NCBI GenBank assembly: GCA_038109055.1
Contig: JAYNIM010000001.1
Location: forward strand, 491,365-555,364
Direction: 5' to 3'
DNA length: 64,000 bases
Source of the DNA: a bacterium
GTDB lineage: Bacteria > Margulisbacteria > Marinamargulisbacteria > GCA-2716485 > JAYNIM01
The translations under genes and the position numbers were made by a program. This document shows positions 20,365-29,046 of this stretch, piece by piece. The stretch's first letter is position 1. Each line of letters begins with the position of its first letter. Below the pieces are notes generated by a model that was not told the origin of the DNA, did no database searches, and worked only from the letters and a program-made list of their open reading frames with translations.

Positions 20365-21854
20365 GTAAGTACCTCTTCTTTTAATAATTCTTCTAGAGCA
20401 GCTGCTATATGTTCTGGGTTTGATGTTGCTTTTTTCTTTAAGTCATCTATATTTCTTTCTTTTTGAATCTCTTCTTTTAGTTGTTCAAATTTAGTGACTT
20501 CGTTTTGCTTTTTATTCAAAGAGCTACTGCCCTTTTTTCTTGACTTTAAGAAAAAATAAACCAAAGTTAAGCCCATAGACAACATGCCTATAACACCCCA
20601 ACTTTCAAAATATTCAAAGATAGTTTTACTTTCATCTTTATAAAAAGGGGCTTTATTAAGAAAAATAATATCACGCCCATCTTGATAGCCTATAATTGCG
20701 GCTATGGTAGAAAACACCTCTATTTTTTTTGCATCATCCAGCACAATATCTTCGTTATATTCATCGACTATTATACTCACCGTTGTTCGTTTAATTTCGG
20801 CACTGTTACCGTCTTTTGATGCAGTAATTTCTGCATTTGCAGCTACCTTAAATGAATTTCTAGGAAAAACTCCAGCCAATTGTTTATTAATTTTACTTAA
20901 TATATTATTTTCAAAATTTTCTTTTATTGTGAACCATTGTTTAATATTCTCAAAATTTGGAAGTATTGGCTGCAATTCTTTTATTTCATCTGATTTTTCT
21001 TCTTTCTTTTTATCTAAGAGTCTATCTTTCTCAAAGACTTTTATTTTTTGTTCATTTTTTATTTCATCTAAAATACCATAGGACAACTCAGTTCCTTGTG
21101 TGTCTACAACTGTTATATTTTTAAGACTTAAGCTTTCTACGGCTTTTGCGACGAGCTGCATAATACTATAAACCATGGTTGTGGTTAATGTTTTACCAGG
21201 TGTTTTTCTAACCAAAATACTTGCTGTTACTGGGGGCTGTTTTGATATAAATAGACGCTCTTTAGGCATTACAATTTGAACTTTAGCATCTTCGATCATT
21301 TCCAAACTTGTAATGACTTTTTCGAGTTCTCCAGACAAGGCTCTTAAATAACGTACTTTCTTATCAAATTCTGTGACGCCTAAAGTTTGAGTATTGTCTA
21401 ATAACTCATAGCCTTTAACAGCACCTGAAGGCAAGCCCTTTGTTGCGAGTAATACCTTTGCAGTTTCTAATTTTTTACTATCGACTGATAAACTAAAATT
21501 CTTTCCTTTTTGTGCCAAGGTAAATGAAATATTTGCAAAGCTTAATTCTTTAATGACTTGTGAGACTTGTGTCGCTGGTAATTGTGGGTATAGAACCAGG
21601 TATTTTATTTTCTTATCCCGCTTGGTTTTTTTCTTTGTTTGAGATTGTGCCTCATTTTTCCCCTTATTTCCCTCTAACCCAATGTCATCATTATCTAAAT
21701 TAACATAAAATAATAGGCCTCCTATTATTAAGGCTGTCATAATAATGGCAGCCATCCATATATTTTTTTTATGAAATAACCTAGATGTTTTATCTTGTGT
21801 TAAGTTATTTAAATCTTCTTCTAAATCATCAATTATCAAATTTTCTTCTGCCAT
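20361..21854 (-). CDS. fliF: FliF-like MS-ring protein
   Basis: Two TM helices; GLPSGAVKGYELLD, RALSGELEKVI, AKVQIVMPKERLF, ITVVDTQG. Confidence 0.9.
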   Translation of the reverse strand: MAEENLIIDDLEEDLNNLTQDKTSRLFHKKNIWMAAIIMTALIIGGLLFYVNLDNDDIGLEGNKGKNEAQSQTKKKTKRDKKIKYLVLYPQLPATQVSQVIKELSFANISFTLAQKGKNFSLSVDSKKLETAKVLLATKGLPSGAVKGYELLDNTQTLGVTEFDKKVRYLRALSGELEKVITSLEMIEDAKVQIVMPKERLFISKQPPVTASILVRKTPGKTLTTTMVYSIMQLVAKAVESLSLKNITVVDTQGTELSYGILDEIKNEQKIKVFEKDRLLDKKKEEKSDEIKELQPILPNFENIKQWFTIKENFENNILSKINKQLAGVFPRNSFKVAANAEITASKDGNSAEIKRTTVSIIVDEYNEDIVLDDAKKIEVFSTIAAIIGYQDGRDIIFLNKAPFYKDESKTIFEYFESWGVIGMLSMGLTLVYFFLKSRKKGSSSLNKKQNEVTKFEQLKEEIQKERNIDDLKKKATSNPEHIAAALEELLKEEVLT

Positions 21855-21860
21855 AACTAC

Positions 21861-22439
21861 CTAAATTTGCATTGATATTAATTCTTTGAATGTTTGAGAT
21901 GCAGTTGAAATAACCGTGGTTGCAAAGCTTATTGCTAAGTTTAATTTTGTCGTTTCAATCGATACCTCCTCGATTGATACTTTCCCTTCTACATATTTTT
22001 GCATAAGGTCATTTACTCTAAATTCTAACTGGCTAACACTGTTTAATGATTTAACGGCTTGTTCACTAAAATACTGAAAAGGTGTGATCTCTAGTGCATG
22101 GTCAAAATTTAAATATTCTAATTTTTCCTCTTCTTTCGTTTCTGCATCAAATAGCTCTTTTGTTCTTTTTTTTCTATCTTGAATTGTTAAATTTGGATCA
22201 TTTGCAGTTGCTGCTTGTGCAATTAAGACATGTTGATTTAAGTTAATTGGGTTATTTTGTATTGTTACTTGTGGTAGTGGATTTTTTTCCTGAGTTTTAT
22301 TATCCATTATTCCATCTAACAATAACTTAAACTCATTTTTTATTTCTGGTTTTACGATATTTTGCGCAAAGGATGTTGCTGATGTTGTGGGGTTTACGTT
22401 GTTAAGAGGGTTTATATTAAGGGGACTTATATTACTCAT
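21861..22439 (-). CDS. fliE: FliE-like protein with long N-terminal extension
   Basis: C-terminal GKVSIEEVSIETTKLNLAISF...FKELISMQI; lies between flgC and fliF. Confidence 0.8.
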   Translation of the reverse strand: MSNISPLNINPLNNVNPTTSATSFAQNIVKPEIKNEFKLLLDGIMDNKTQEKNPLPQVTIQNNPINLNQHVLIAQAATANDPNLTIQDRKKRTKELFDAETKEEEKLEYLNFDHALEITPFQYFSEQAVKSLNSVSQLEFRVNDLMQKYVEGKVSIEEVSIETTKLNLAISFATTVISTASQTFKELISMQI

Positions 22440-22440
22440 A

Positions 22441-22896
22441 TTATTTCATTAACTCTATTGCACTTTGATACATTGATTTGCTAACTTTTAATGCGGTTAT
22501 GTTTGCCTCATATACGGCCTCTGTAAATGTTAATGTCATCATCTCATTAGGCAGATTAACATTTGGATAATAAAAATAACCATTTTCATCCGCTTGAGGT
22601 GCGGCTGGATCAAAATAACGCCCGAAAGGTTCTGTACTTCTTTTTATTCCAGTTACTTTTACCCCGTCTTTAAATTTTTCTAGTTGAATATATTTCTTTT
22701 GATAAGGTAATCCTGTTTCTTCGTCTTTTAAAGTATTTAAGTTTGCAACATTTTCTGCGATAATCATCATTTTTGTTCTCTGTGCTAAAATCCCCGATAT
22801 ATTTATAGAAAATGAATCATCTAAATTTGAAACTGCATAGACTGAGTATGATACGTATACTGTTATTATACATATAATTGCCGTTATTCTATTCAT
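22441..22896 (-). CDS. flgC: Rod protein FlgC homolog with Sec-type signal peptide
   Basis: SGILAQRTKMMIIAENVAN, PYQKK, DPAAPQADENGYFYYPNVN, YEANITAL. Confidence 0.92.
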   Translation of the reverse strand: MNRITAIICIITVYVSYSVYAVSNLDDSFSINISGILAQRTKMMIIAENVANLNTLKDEETGLPYQKKYIQLEKFKDGVKVTGIKRSTEPFGRYFDPAAPQADENGYFYYPNVNLPNEMMTLTFTEAVYEANITALKVSKSMYQSAIELMK

Positions 22897-23309
22897 TATT
22901 GTTTACCTAGTGTCACTACTTTTCTTAAATTCTCTACGCGTTTTTTATAAAGTGTATATAACGCTTGTTGCCGTTTGTTGTTTTCTGCAATTTTTCCCAT
23001 AAAATGTTCTATCATTACTTTCGAAAAGTATGCTTTATCTTCTGTTTCAACATTAAACAAGCGCTCTAATTCGGCTCTATCTTCTGGTAATAAAATTGGC
23101 CTAAATTTTGGTGTTGTGGCATTTGCTATGTTGTATGAATATATCGCATGTTTTTGGTTACTATATTTTATAGCACGCTCTAATACCATCCCTGTTGAAT
23201 CTTCAAGTATATGTCCTTTTGTTTTACTTTTTGCTATATCTAGTTTTTGTGCTAGTAAGGACGTAGTTAAACTTATAAATATAGCTATTACCAGTATTCT
23301 CGCTATCAT
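22896..23309 (-). CDS. flgB: Rod protein FlgB homolog with Sec-type signal peptide
   Basis: LERAIKYSNQKHAIYSYNIANATTPKF plus FlgB-type C-terminal helix; directly upstream of flgC. Confidence 0.82.
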   Translation of the reverse strand: MIARILVIAIFISLTTSLLAQKLDIAKSKTKGHILEDSTGMVLERAIKYSNQKHAIYSYNIANATTPKFRPILLPEDRAELERLFNVETEDKAYFSKVMIEHFMGKIAENNKRQQALYTLYKKRVENLRKVVTLGKQ

Positions 23310-23318
23310 ATTTTTTGT

Positions 23319-24044
23319 TTATATATAAATATCTTTTTCTTCTAATTCTAAATATCTCTTAATTAATTTTAACGCTTCCATATGGACTCTGCAAACTTTG
23401 CTTTTGGACACCTTTAATTTCTCTGCAACTTCGTTTTGTTTCATGTTACTTTGATAAATTAATTGTATAACTTCTTTCTTAGCTGATTCTAATTTATTCA
23501 CAATATTCCATATATTTGTTGTACTTTCAATATACGCTTCTTCTATATCTCTTCCACACGTATTGGCGGTAGAAAATTTCTCTAAATCGTTGGTATTTAG
23601 TAGATAGGATACGGATGACTGTGTCACGATCTCATTTAATGTTTTTTCAAAACTTTGTCTATTTGCTTTATTTTTATCGTCGAGTATATTCTCCGTAATC
23701 TCCATCATTTTTTCTTGTATATTTTCTCTATATCTTGCGTATTCAGCAGGATTCTTTTGTTTCCATTCCAACCTCAAATTATCCATTATCTGACCTTGAA
23801 TACGATAATATGCGTAGGTTTTAAAATTAGATTCTTTTTTTTCTTTGTATTGCACTTTCGCTTTAATCAAGCCTTCAATACCCCAACTGATTAAATCCTC
23901 TTTTTCAACACCTGAAGGTATTTTAGACTTCATAAATATTTTACTCGCAACTCCTTTAACTAGAATTAAATGGTCATCGATAAATGCTTGTGATACTTGC
24001 TGTTGTAATATCTCTTCTTTGCTATTCATATTTATGTTAGTCAA
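23319..24044 (-). CDS. fliA: FliA/WhiG-family sigma factor
   Basis: EDLISWGIEGLI, FKTYAYYRIQGQIMDNLR, region-4 QNEVAEKLKVSKSKVCRVH. Confidence 0.8.
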   Translation of the reverse strand: MTNINMNSKEEILQQQVSQAFIDDHLILVKGVASKIFMKSKIPSGVEKEDLISWGIEGLIKAKVQYKEKKESNFKTYAYYRIQGQIMDNLRLEWKQKNPAEYARYRENIQEKMMEITENILDDKNKANRQSFEKTLNEIVTQSSVSYLLNTNDLEKFSTANTCGRDIEEAYIESTTNIWNIVNKLESAKKEVIQLIYQSNMKQNEVAEKLKVSKSKVCRVHMEALKLIKRYLELEEKDIYI

Positions 24045-24672
24045 TTAATTTTTGTTTTGTTTTGTGTATATATATGATATCTCTTTCTTCATTATAATCT
24101 ATAGTATCAGATACGATTAAAAAAACAGATTCTTCTATTTTTTCATCTAAACTATTCTCTTGTGCTAATATACTTATACTCTTTTTTTGAATAGTGCTAT
24201 TATTTTTATTTAACTCTACTCTTGAGACTATTCTAAAGGATTTTTCTGGGAATGCTTCTCTCAACTTTCTTTTTACTCTATTGGATAAATTGTTTTCTAT
24301 ATGTTCTTTCCGTGAGAGTGATGCATCTTTGGGCAAAAATTTTTCCTCAAACTTTAATAAATCCATTTTTGCAAGTTTATCTGCCATTTCTTTAGCTAGC
24401 AGATCATTGATCATGTCACTTTGTGTCACATCTATATAATCGATATCTTCATCTATAAATATTTCCATTTTTTTAAAAGCAGGTTCCGTTAAAATCTTCT
24501 TGATAAAAAAAGACTGCATAAACTGGACTGCTTCTTTTCTTGTTCTGGGTTTTTTATTATTATACAAACTTGAAGAATAATGATTAGCCGCTAATGGTAT
24601 TCCTTCGTAACTCATTGATGGAATAGCATAACTAATAGCAATAATACCTATAATTATTATAATTTTGTTCAA
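24037..24672 (-). CDS. FlgJ rod-binding-like domain fused to a FliF-RBM3-like domain, with signal peptide
   Basis: KEAVQFMQSFFIKKIL...SDMINDLLAKEMADKLA directly downstream of flgI; C-terminus aligns by eye with this operon's FliF C-domain. Confidence 0.6.
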   Translation of the reverse strand: MNKIIIIIGIIAISYAIPSMSYEGIPLAANHYSSSLYNNKKPRTRKEAVQFMQSFFIKKILTEPAFKKMEIFIDEDIDYIDVTQSDMINDLLAKEMADKLAKMDLLKFEEKFLPKDASLSRKEHIENNLSNRVKRKLREAFPEKSFRIVSRVELNKNNSTIQKKSISILAQENSLDEKIEESVFLIVSDTIDYNEERDIIYIHKTKQKLID

Positions 24673-25727
24673 ATGATTTCAATGTTTGCTATCAGTGCGC
24701 CTGCTTCTTTTAGTGCTTGTATAATTGAAATTAAATCTCTTGGAGAAGCACCAATTTCATTTAAAGTATCTACTAAGCTTGATAGTGTTTCGTTTGATTT
24801 TAAATATACTAACTTTTTCTTCTCTTCATCAATTTCTAACTGATTTTGCTGATCTGATATTGCACCTGCTTGTGGTTCTGTAATTCGAATAGATACAGCC
24901 CCATGTGTCAAGGCTACAGGGCTTAAACGCACCATTTCTCCAATTACAATGGTACCTGTTCTTTCATTAATGACAATTTTTGCTGATTGGTCAGGCTTTA
25001 CTGAAATATTTTCTAATTTTGCAATGGTACTAATTAAATTTGCTGAATTCAAATCTGTTAATGGTATTTTAATTTGTCTAGCATCTAATGCTTTTGCACC
25101 TAAAAAGCCCTCATCATGGATGGCATTAACTGCACGATCTATAGTTATAAAATTTGAATCATTTAAAACAATGGAGATATTGTGCACATCTGTAAAGGTG
25201 ACGGGAACTTCTTTTTCTACAATGGCCCCATCTGTGATAATTCCAACTGTTGGTTTGTTTTTAGCATACATAATGGTACTTGAACGCTGTGCTGCACCTC
25301 CCACTACAACCGAACCTTGGCCAACAGCATAAACTCTCATATCAGCACCTTTCAAGGGGGTCATCAATAAGGTACCTCCATCTAAACTAGATGCATCTCC
25401 GAGTGCTGATACCGTTAGTGAAATCCGTTGTCCTGACTTTACAAATGCGGGTAGGGTTGCTGTCACCATCACGGCTGCCGTGTTTCGTATATTACCAACA
25501 CTACCTACTTGTACACCCATTTTAACTAATAAATTTCTCAGTGCAGTTGGTGTAAAAAAGGTATTTCGACTGTCACCAGTACTTTTCAATCCAACCACTA
25601 AGCCAAATCCAATTAATTGGTTATCTCTCATTTCTACAATTTTTGAAATATCTTTTAACCTTACTTCTACAGCAAAGCTTGCTGTAGTAAAGCTAAATAA
25701 TACTAGTAGTAACAATGCTCGTTTCAT
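24669..25727 (-). CDS. flgI: Flagellar P-ring protein
   Basis: VRLKDI, NQLIGFGLVVGL, AAVMVTATLP, GDASSLDGGTLLMTPLKG, INERTGTIVIG; ATG at 25727 preferred. Confidence 0.96.
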   Translation of the reverse strand: MKRALLLLVLFSFTTASFAVEVRLKDISKIVEMRDNQLIGFGLVVGLKSTGDSRNTFFTPTALRNLLVKMGVQVGSVGNIRNTAAVMVTATLPAFVKSGQRISLTVSALGDASSLDGGTLLMTPLKGADMRVYAVGQGSVVVGGAAQRSSTIMYAKNKPTVGIITDGAIVEKEVPVTFTDVHNISIVLNDSNFITIDRAVNAIHDEGFLGAKALDARQIKIPLTDLNSANLISTIAKLENISVKPDQSAKIVINERTGTIVIGEMVRLSPVALTHGAVSIRITEPQAGAISDQQNQLEIDEEKKKLVYLKSNETLSSLVDTLNEIGASPRDLISIIQALKEAGALIANIEII

Positions 25728-25729
25728 TT

Positions 25730-26338
25730 TTAAAATACCCAATTAAATATCCTACTTATTATTCCTGGATTCTGCTTGGCTGCAACTGGTCCCCCTCTAC
25801 CGCTTACTGAAACCTCAGCTTTTGCAATTTGATACGAAAAAATAGTATTCTTTGGAGTCACATCTGCAGGCCGCACAATCCCAGATACTCGAATAGTTTC
25901 GATGTCATGATTCACTTTAACCTTGTGTTCTCCCACTACAAATAAATTCCCGCTCTTTAACACTTCTGTCACAATTGCCGTTATAATTGCCTTTACGTTG
26001 CTTTTTCTCGTCGTTTGTCCATTGCCTTGATATCTATCACCCCCGCCTATAGAGATATCTCGTTTTTTCCTCACTCGTTCATTGCCTAATAAATTAGCCA
26101 CTTGATCCCAATTGTCTGCAAGTGATGAGGTTAGTGAGGTTGTTTTTCCTGAAGAGGTGCTCGCCTGTTGTACAGCGGAGGTGGATTCGGATACGTAGAT
26201 AGTAACGATATCCCCCACTGAAATTCTTCGTCGCGATGGTTGGTATATGCCTTCACTATAGGTTCTCCATAATGAATCTGCCCCAATAGATGTTGTTACT
26301 AAGATTAATAAACTAATCAATATAAATATTTTTTTCAT
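25730..26338 (-). CDS. flgH: Flagellar L-ring protein, no lipobox Cys
   Basis: ADSLW, VGDIVTIYVSE, VTEVLKSGNL, SGIVRPADV, SYQIA. Confidence 0.92.
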   Translation of the reverse strand: MKKIFILISLLILVTTSIGADSLWRTYSEGIYQPSRRRISVGDIVTIYVSESTSAVQQASTSSGKTTSLTSSLADNWDQVANLLGNERVRKKRDISIGGGDRYQGNGQTTRKSNVKAIITAIVTEVLKSGNLFVVGEHKVKVNHDIETIRVSGIVRPADVTPKNTIFSYQIAKAEVSVSGRGGPVAAKQNPGIISRIFNWVF

Positions 26339-27050
26339 CTATCACTTTTCCTTTTAATCGTTTTAGTGTTGATAATTTTGATGTTACCGGTATGTACCCA
26401 CCTATTTGACCATCCGCTAATGCTTGTCCATCAACTTTTATTTGCCCCCATTTTTTATTTATTAAAATTGATATAGGATCACCTTTTTGTATTGCTGGTT
26501 TTTCTTCTATGGCTAAATAATGTACCTGTGTATTTTTAGGAATACTACGTTTTGCTATTTTTCCTATCATTTCTTCCTTAGTAAATATATAATTCTGCAG
26601 GGTTGATAATTTTGAATAAATTAATTTTTCTTTCATGATTAAATCAGACTCTGTAATCATTTTACCTCGTTGAATCAAGTGCTTTGTGACAGGCATTTTT
26701 GTGGTTGCTTCTATTTTTAATAAAAGGGTCTGTCTTTCTAGAAGAGTCCCCTGCCGGTCATAGAAAAAAATCGGCTGTATTTGAGTCCCCAGTAAATCGT
26801 TGATTTTAGGGTCTGGACATTTAAAATAACTGGCTTTTTCAGGTATATCTAATTTTGTTAAATCAATTTTGAATGTCATTTTAAAGGTCATTAATTCTGC
26901 ATTTATATTTCCCAGAACATGCTCTAATTTTTGTCGATAGACAGTTCTGACTTCTTTTTTGATATCTGCTAGACTCACCGCAGCATGAATCGTATTTATC
27001 GCTAGACTCACAATCAAACTAATAATAAAAAAAAGCCTACTTAATGTCAC
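26313..27050 (-). CDS. flgA: P-ring assembly chaperone
   Basis: Signal peptide; SAF-like IQRGKMITESDL; C-terminal IQKGDPI...GQALADGQIGGYIPV. Confidence 0.85.
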   Translation of the reverse strand: MTLSRLFFIISLIVSLAINTIHAAVSLADIKKEVRTVYRQKLEHVLGNINAELMTFKMTFKIDLTKLDIPEKASYFKCPDPKINDLLGTQIQPIFFYDRQGTLLERQTLLLKIEATTKMPVTKHLIQRGKMITESDLIMKEKLIYSKLSTLQNYIFTKEEMIGKIAKRSIPKNTQVHYLAIEEKPAIQKGDPISILINKKWGQIKVDGQALADGQIGGYIPVTSKLSTLKRLKGKVIDEKNIYID

Positions 27051-27834
27051 TTCCAGCCTTTAGCATATCATCGGATGCTTTCATTGCTTTAATAACCGTT
27101 TCAAAGGAACGTTGACACATCAGCATTTCCATCATTTCAGAGATAATATCTACATTTGAAAATTCCAATGATCGTTGCCTGATAGACCCCATGCCCTGTT
27201 CACCCGGTATAATTAATTGTGGATCCCCAGAGCTTTCTGTTTCTTGCATTAAATTTTGGCCAATATCTTTTAAACCTTCTGGATTCATAAACTTTGCTAA
27301 GACCATCTGTCCAATTTCTTGTTGTTGAGTATCTCCATCTAATAAGGCAAAAATTCGGCCTTCTTGATTCACAATAATTTCTCTTGCTTCTAAAGGGATA
27401 GTTAATGGTGGATCTAAGGGATGTCCGCTAGAATTTAATACTCTTCCTTGACTGTCTACATGAAAATTTCCTGCTCGACTATAAGCGGCGCTTCCATCTG
27501 GCAATTGAAACTGAAACATACCATTCCCTTCGATTGCCATATCCATTTGCCTGTTTGTTACTTCGATTGTTCCAGTACTAAAGTTCTTTGTAATACCCAC
27601 GAACCGAACACCTTGACCAAACTCGATATATTTTTTTCTACGTTTGCTGCTACCTGTTTCTTCATCAGACTCCGTCACAGCTCTTTCAAAAATTAATGGA
27701 AACAAACTTTCCATCTCTAAGCGTCTTTCCTTATATCCTGGTGTTTGTGCATTTGAGATATTATTTGTAATAACCTGCATTTTTCGTTGAAACGAATATA
27801 ATGCTGATTTTGCCATATGTAATTGAGATAACAT
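27037..27834 (-). CDS. flgG: Distal rod protein FlgG
   Basis: VITNNISNAQTPGYK, DMAIEGNGMFQ, YSRAGNF, LEFSNVD; canonical N-terminus without signal peptide. Confidence 0.93.
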   Translation of the reverse strand: MLSQLHMAKSALYSFQRKMQVITNNISNAQTPGYKERRLEMESLFPLIFERAVTESDEETGSSKRRKKYIEFGQGVRFVGITKNFSTGTIEVTNRQMDMAIEGNGMFQFQLPDGSAAYSRAGNFHVDSQGRVLNSSGHPLDPPLTIPLEAREIIVNQEGRIFALLDGDTQQQEIGQMVLAKFMNPEGLKDIGQNLMQETESSGDPQLIIPGEQGMGSIRQRSLEFSNVDIISEMMEMLMCQRSFETVIKAMKASDDMLKAGSDIK

Positions 27835-27852
27835 AATTAAACTCCTTTTATT

Positions 27853-28659
27853 TTAATTTGGTGCGGCAATTTGTGTCGCTGTATTGGCTGATCGTGCCAA
27901 TACTTTAAGAACCTTTGCATTTGATTGATACCCATTTGTTGCATAGGTTATATCTCCTACTAAGGCTTTTACTACATTATTTTCTTCTATATGACCTTGT
28001 ACAACTTTATAGTACTCAACCCCACTCAAAATTTCAGCCTCTTCTACTAGTACAAATACGGATCCATTCAGTGAATTGAGCTTTTGCATTTCTTTATAGG
28101 AGGCAAATACCGCTACTTTTATACGATCTACTTCTTCACCATCTACGTATATCATTCCAGATCGTGACACAACAACATCGCCTTTAGGCAAGTATATTGG
28201 CCCTTTATCACCTAATACGGGATAATTTCCGGCAACAGTGACTAAACGGTCACTCCCATCTCTCGTGAAGCGCCCATCTCGGGTATAACCCAGAGTTGTT
28301 TTTAATTGTATAACAAAAAAACCTTTACTCATCGCATCTATGTAAAAATCTAATGGTCTATGTGTTTCAACGACCGGACCTGCTCGCCAACGATAAAAAG
28401 GAATGGCATCTATTCGTTTCTCTCCATTCTTATCAATCATTCTTGAATTAAACGCGCCTGTTTCGATAAAGCCTGGTGTGTTTACATTCATGGTGTAAAA
28501 CAACCAATTACTCCACTGAATTTGAAAAGCCCTCATTGCTTGCATACTTCCATTAGCGGCAATATCTTGAATCTCACCATAATCCTCATAAGAAGAAAGG
28601 TTACTCGTTATGATAAGTAGACATACTATCAAGGTCTTTATTTTATTAATACCGTTCAT
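27853..28659 (-). CDS. flgF: Rod protein FlgF homolog with Sec-type signal peptide
   Basis: NVNTPGF, THRPLDF, GFFVI, YTRDGRF, VVQGHIEENNV; directly upstream of flgG. Confidence 0.85.
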   Translation of the reverse strand: MNGINKIKTLIVCLLIITSNLSSYEDYGEIQDIAANGSMQAMRAFQIQWSNWLFYTMNVNTPGFIETGAFNSRMIDKNGEKRIDAIPFYRWRAGPVVETHRPLDFYIDAMSKGFFVIQLKTTLGYTRDGRFTRDGSDRLVTVAGNYPVLGDKGPIYLPKGDVVVSRSGMIYVDGEEVDRIKVAVFASYKEMQKLNSLNGSVFVLVEEAEILSGVEYYKVVQGHIEENNVVKALVGDITYATNGYQSNAKVLKVLARSANTATQIAAPN

Positions 28660-28674
28660 TTATCTCTATTCTCA

Positions 28675-29046
28675 TTATTTTCTTTTTAGTTTCTTATTAA
28701 TCTTATTTCGTTTATCCGATAATTTTTCAAGTTGATACGCAAAGGCTAACACCTCTGCTATTATAGCATATAATTTTGATGGTATATGTTGATTCAATTC
28801 TAATTTAGACAACAAATTACTTAATACGGGATCTTCATACAGAGGTATTTTGTGATCTTCTGCAATATGTAAAATCATTTCAGCAATTGAGGCTTTACCA
28901 GATGCAACGATTTTTGGGGCCTTGTCTTTTTCAATATCATATTTTATTGCGACTGCTTTTAACTTTTCTTTTTTGGGTAGATTTAACTGATCAATACGTT
29001 TCTTAAAGTTGATCTTATGTTTCTTCTGATTCTCGTTTGCCATCAT
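28675..29046 (-). CDS. Stand-alone FlhB/EscU cytoplasmic-domain protein (FlhX/YlqH type)
   Basis: KAVAIKYD, APKIVASG, IPLYEDPVL, IPSKLYAIIAEVLAF. Confidence 0.9.
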   Translation of the reverse strand: MMANENQKKHKINFKKRIDQLNLPKKEKLKAVAIKYDIEKDKAPKIVASGKASIAEMILHIAEDHKIPLYEDPVLSNLLSKLELNQHIPSKLYAIIAEVLAFAYQLEKLSDKRNKINKKLKRK

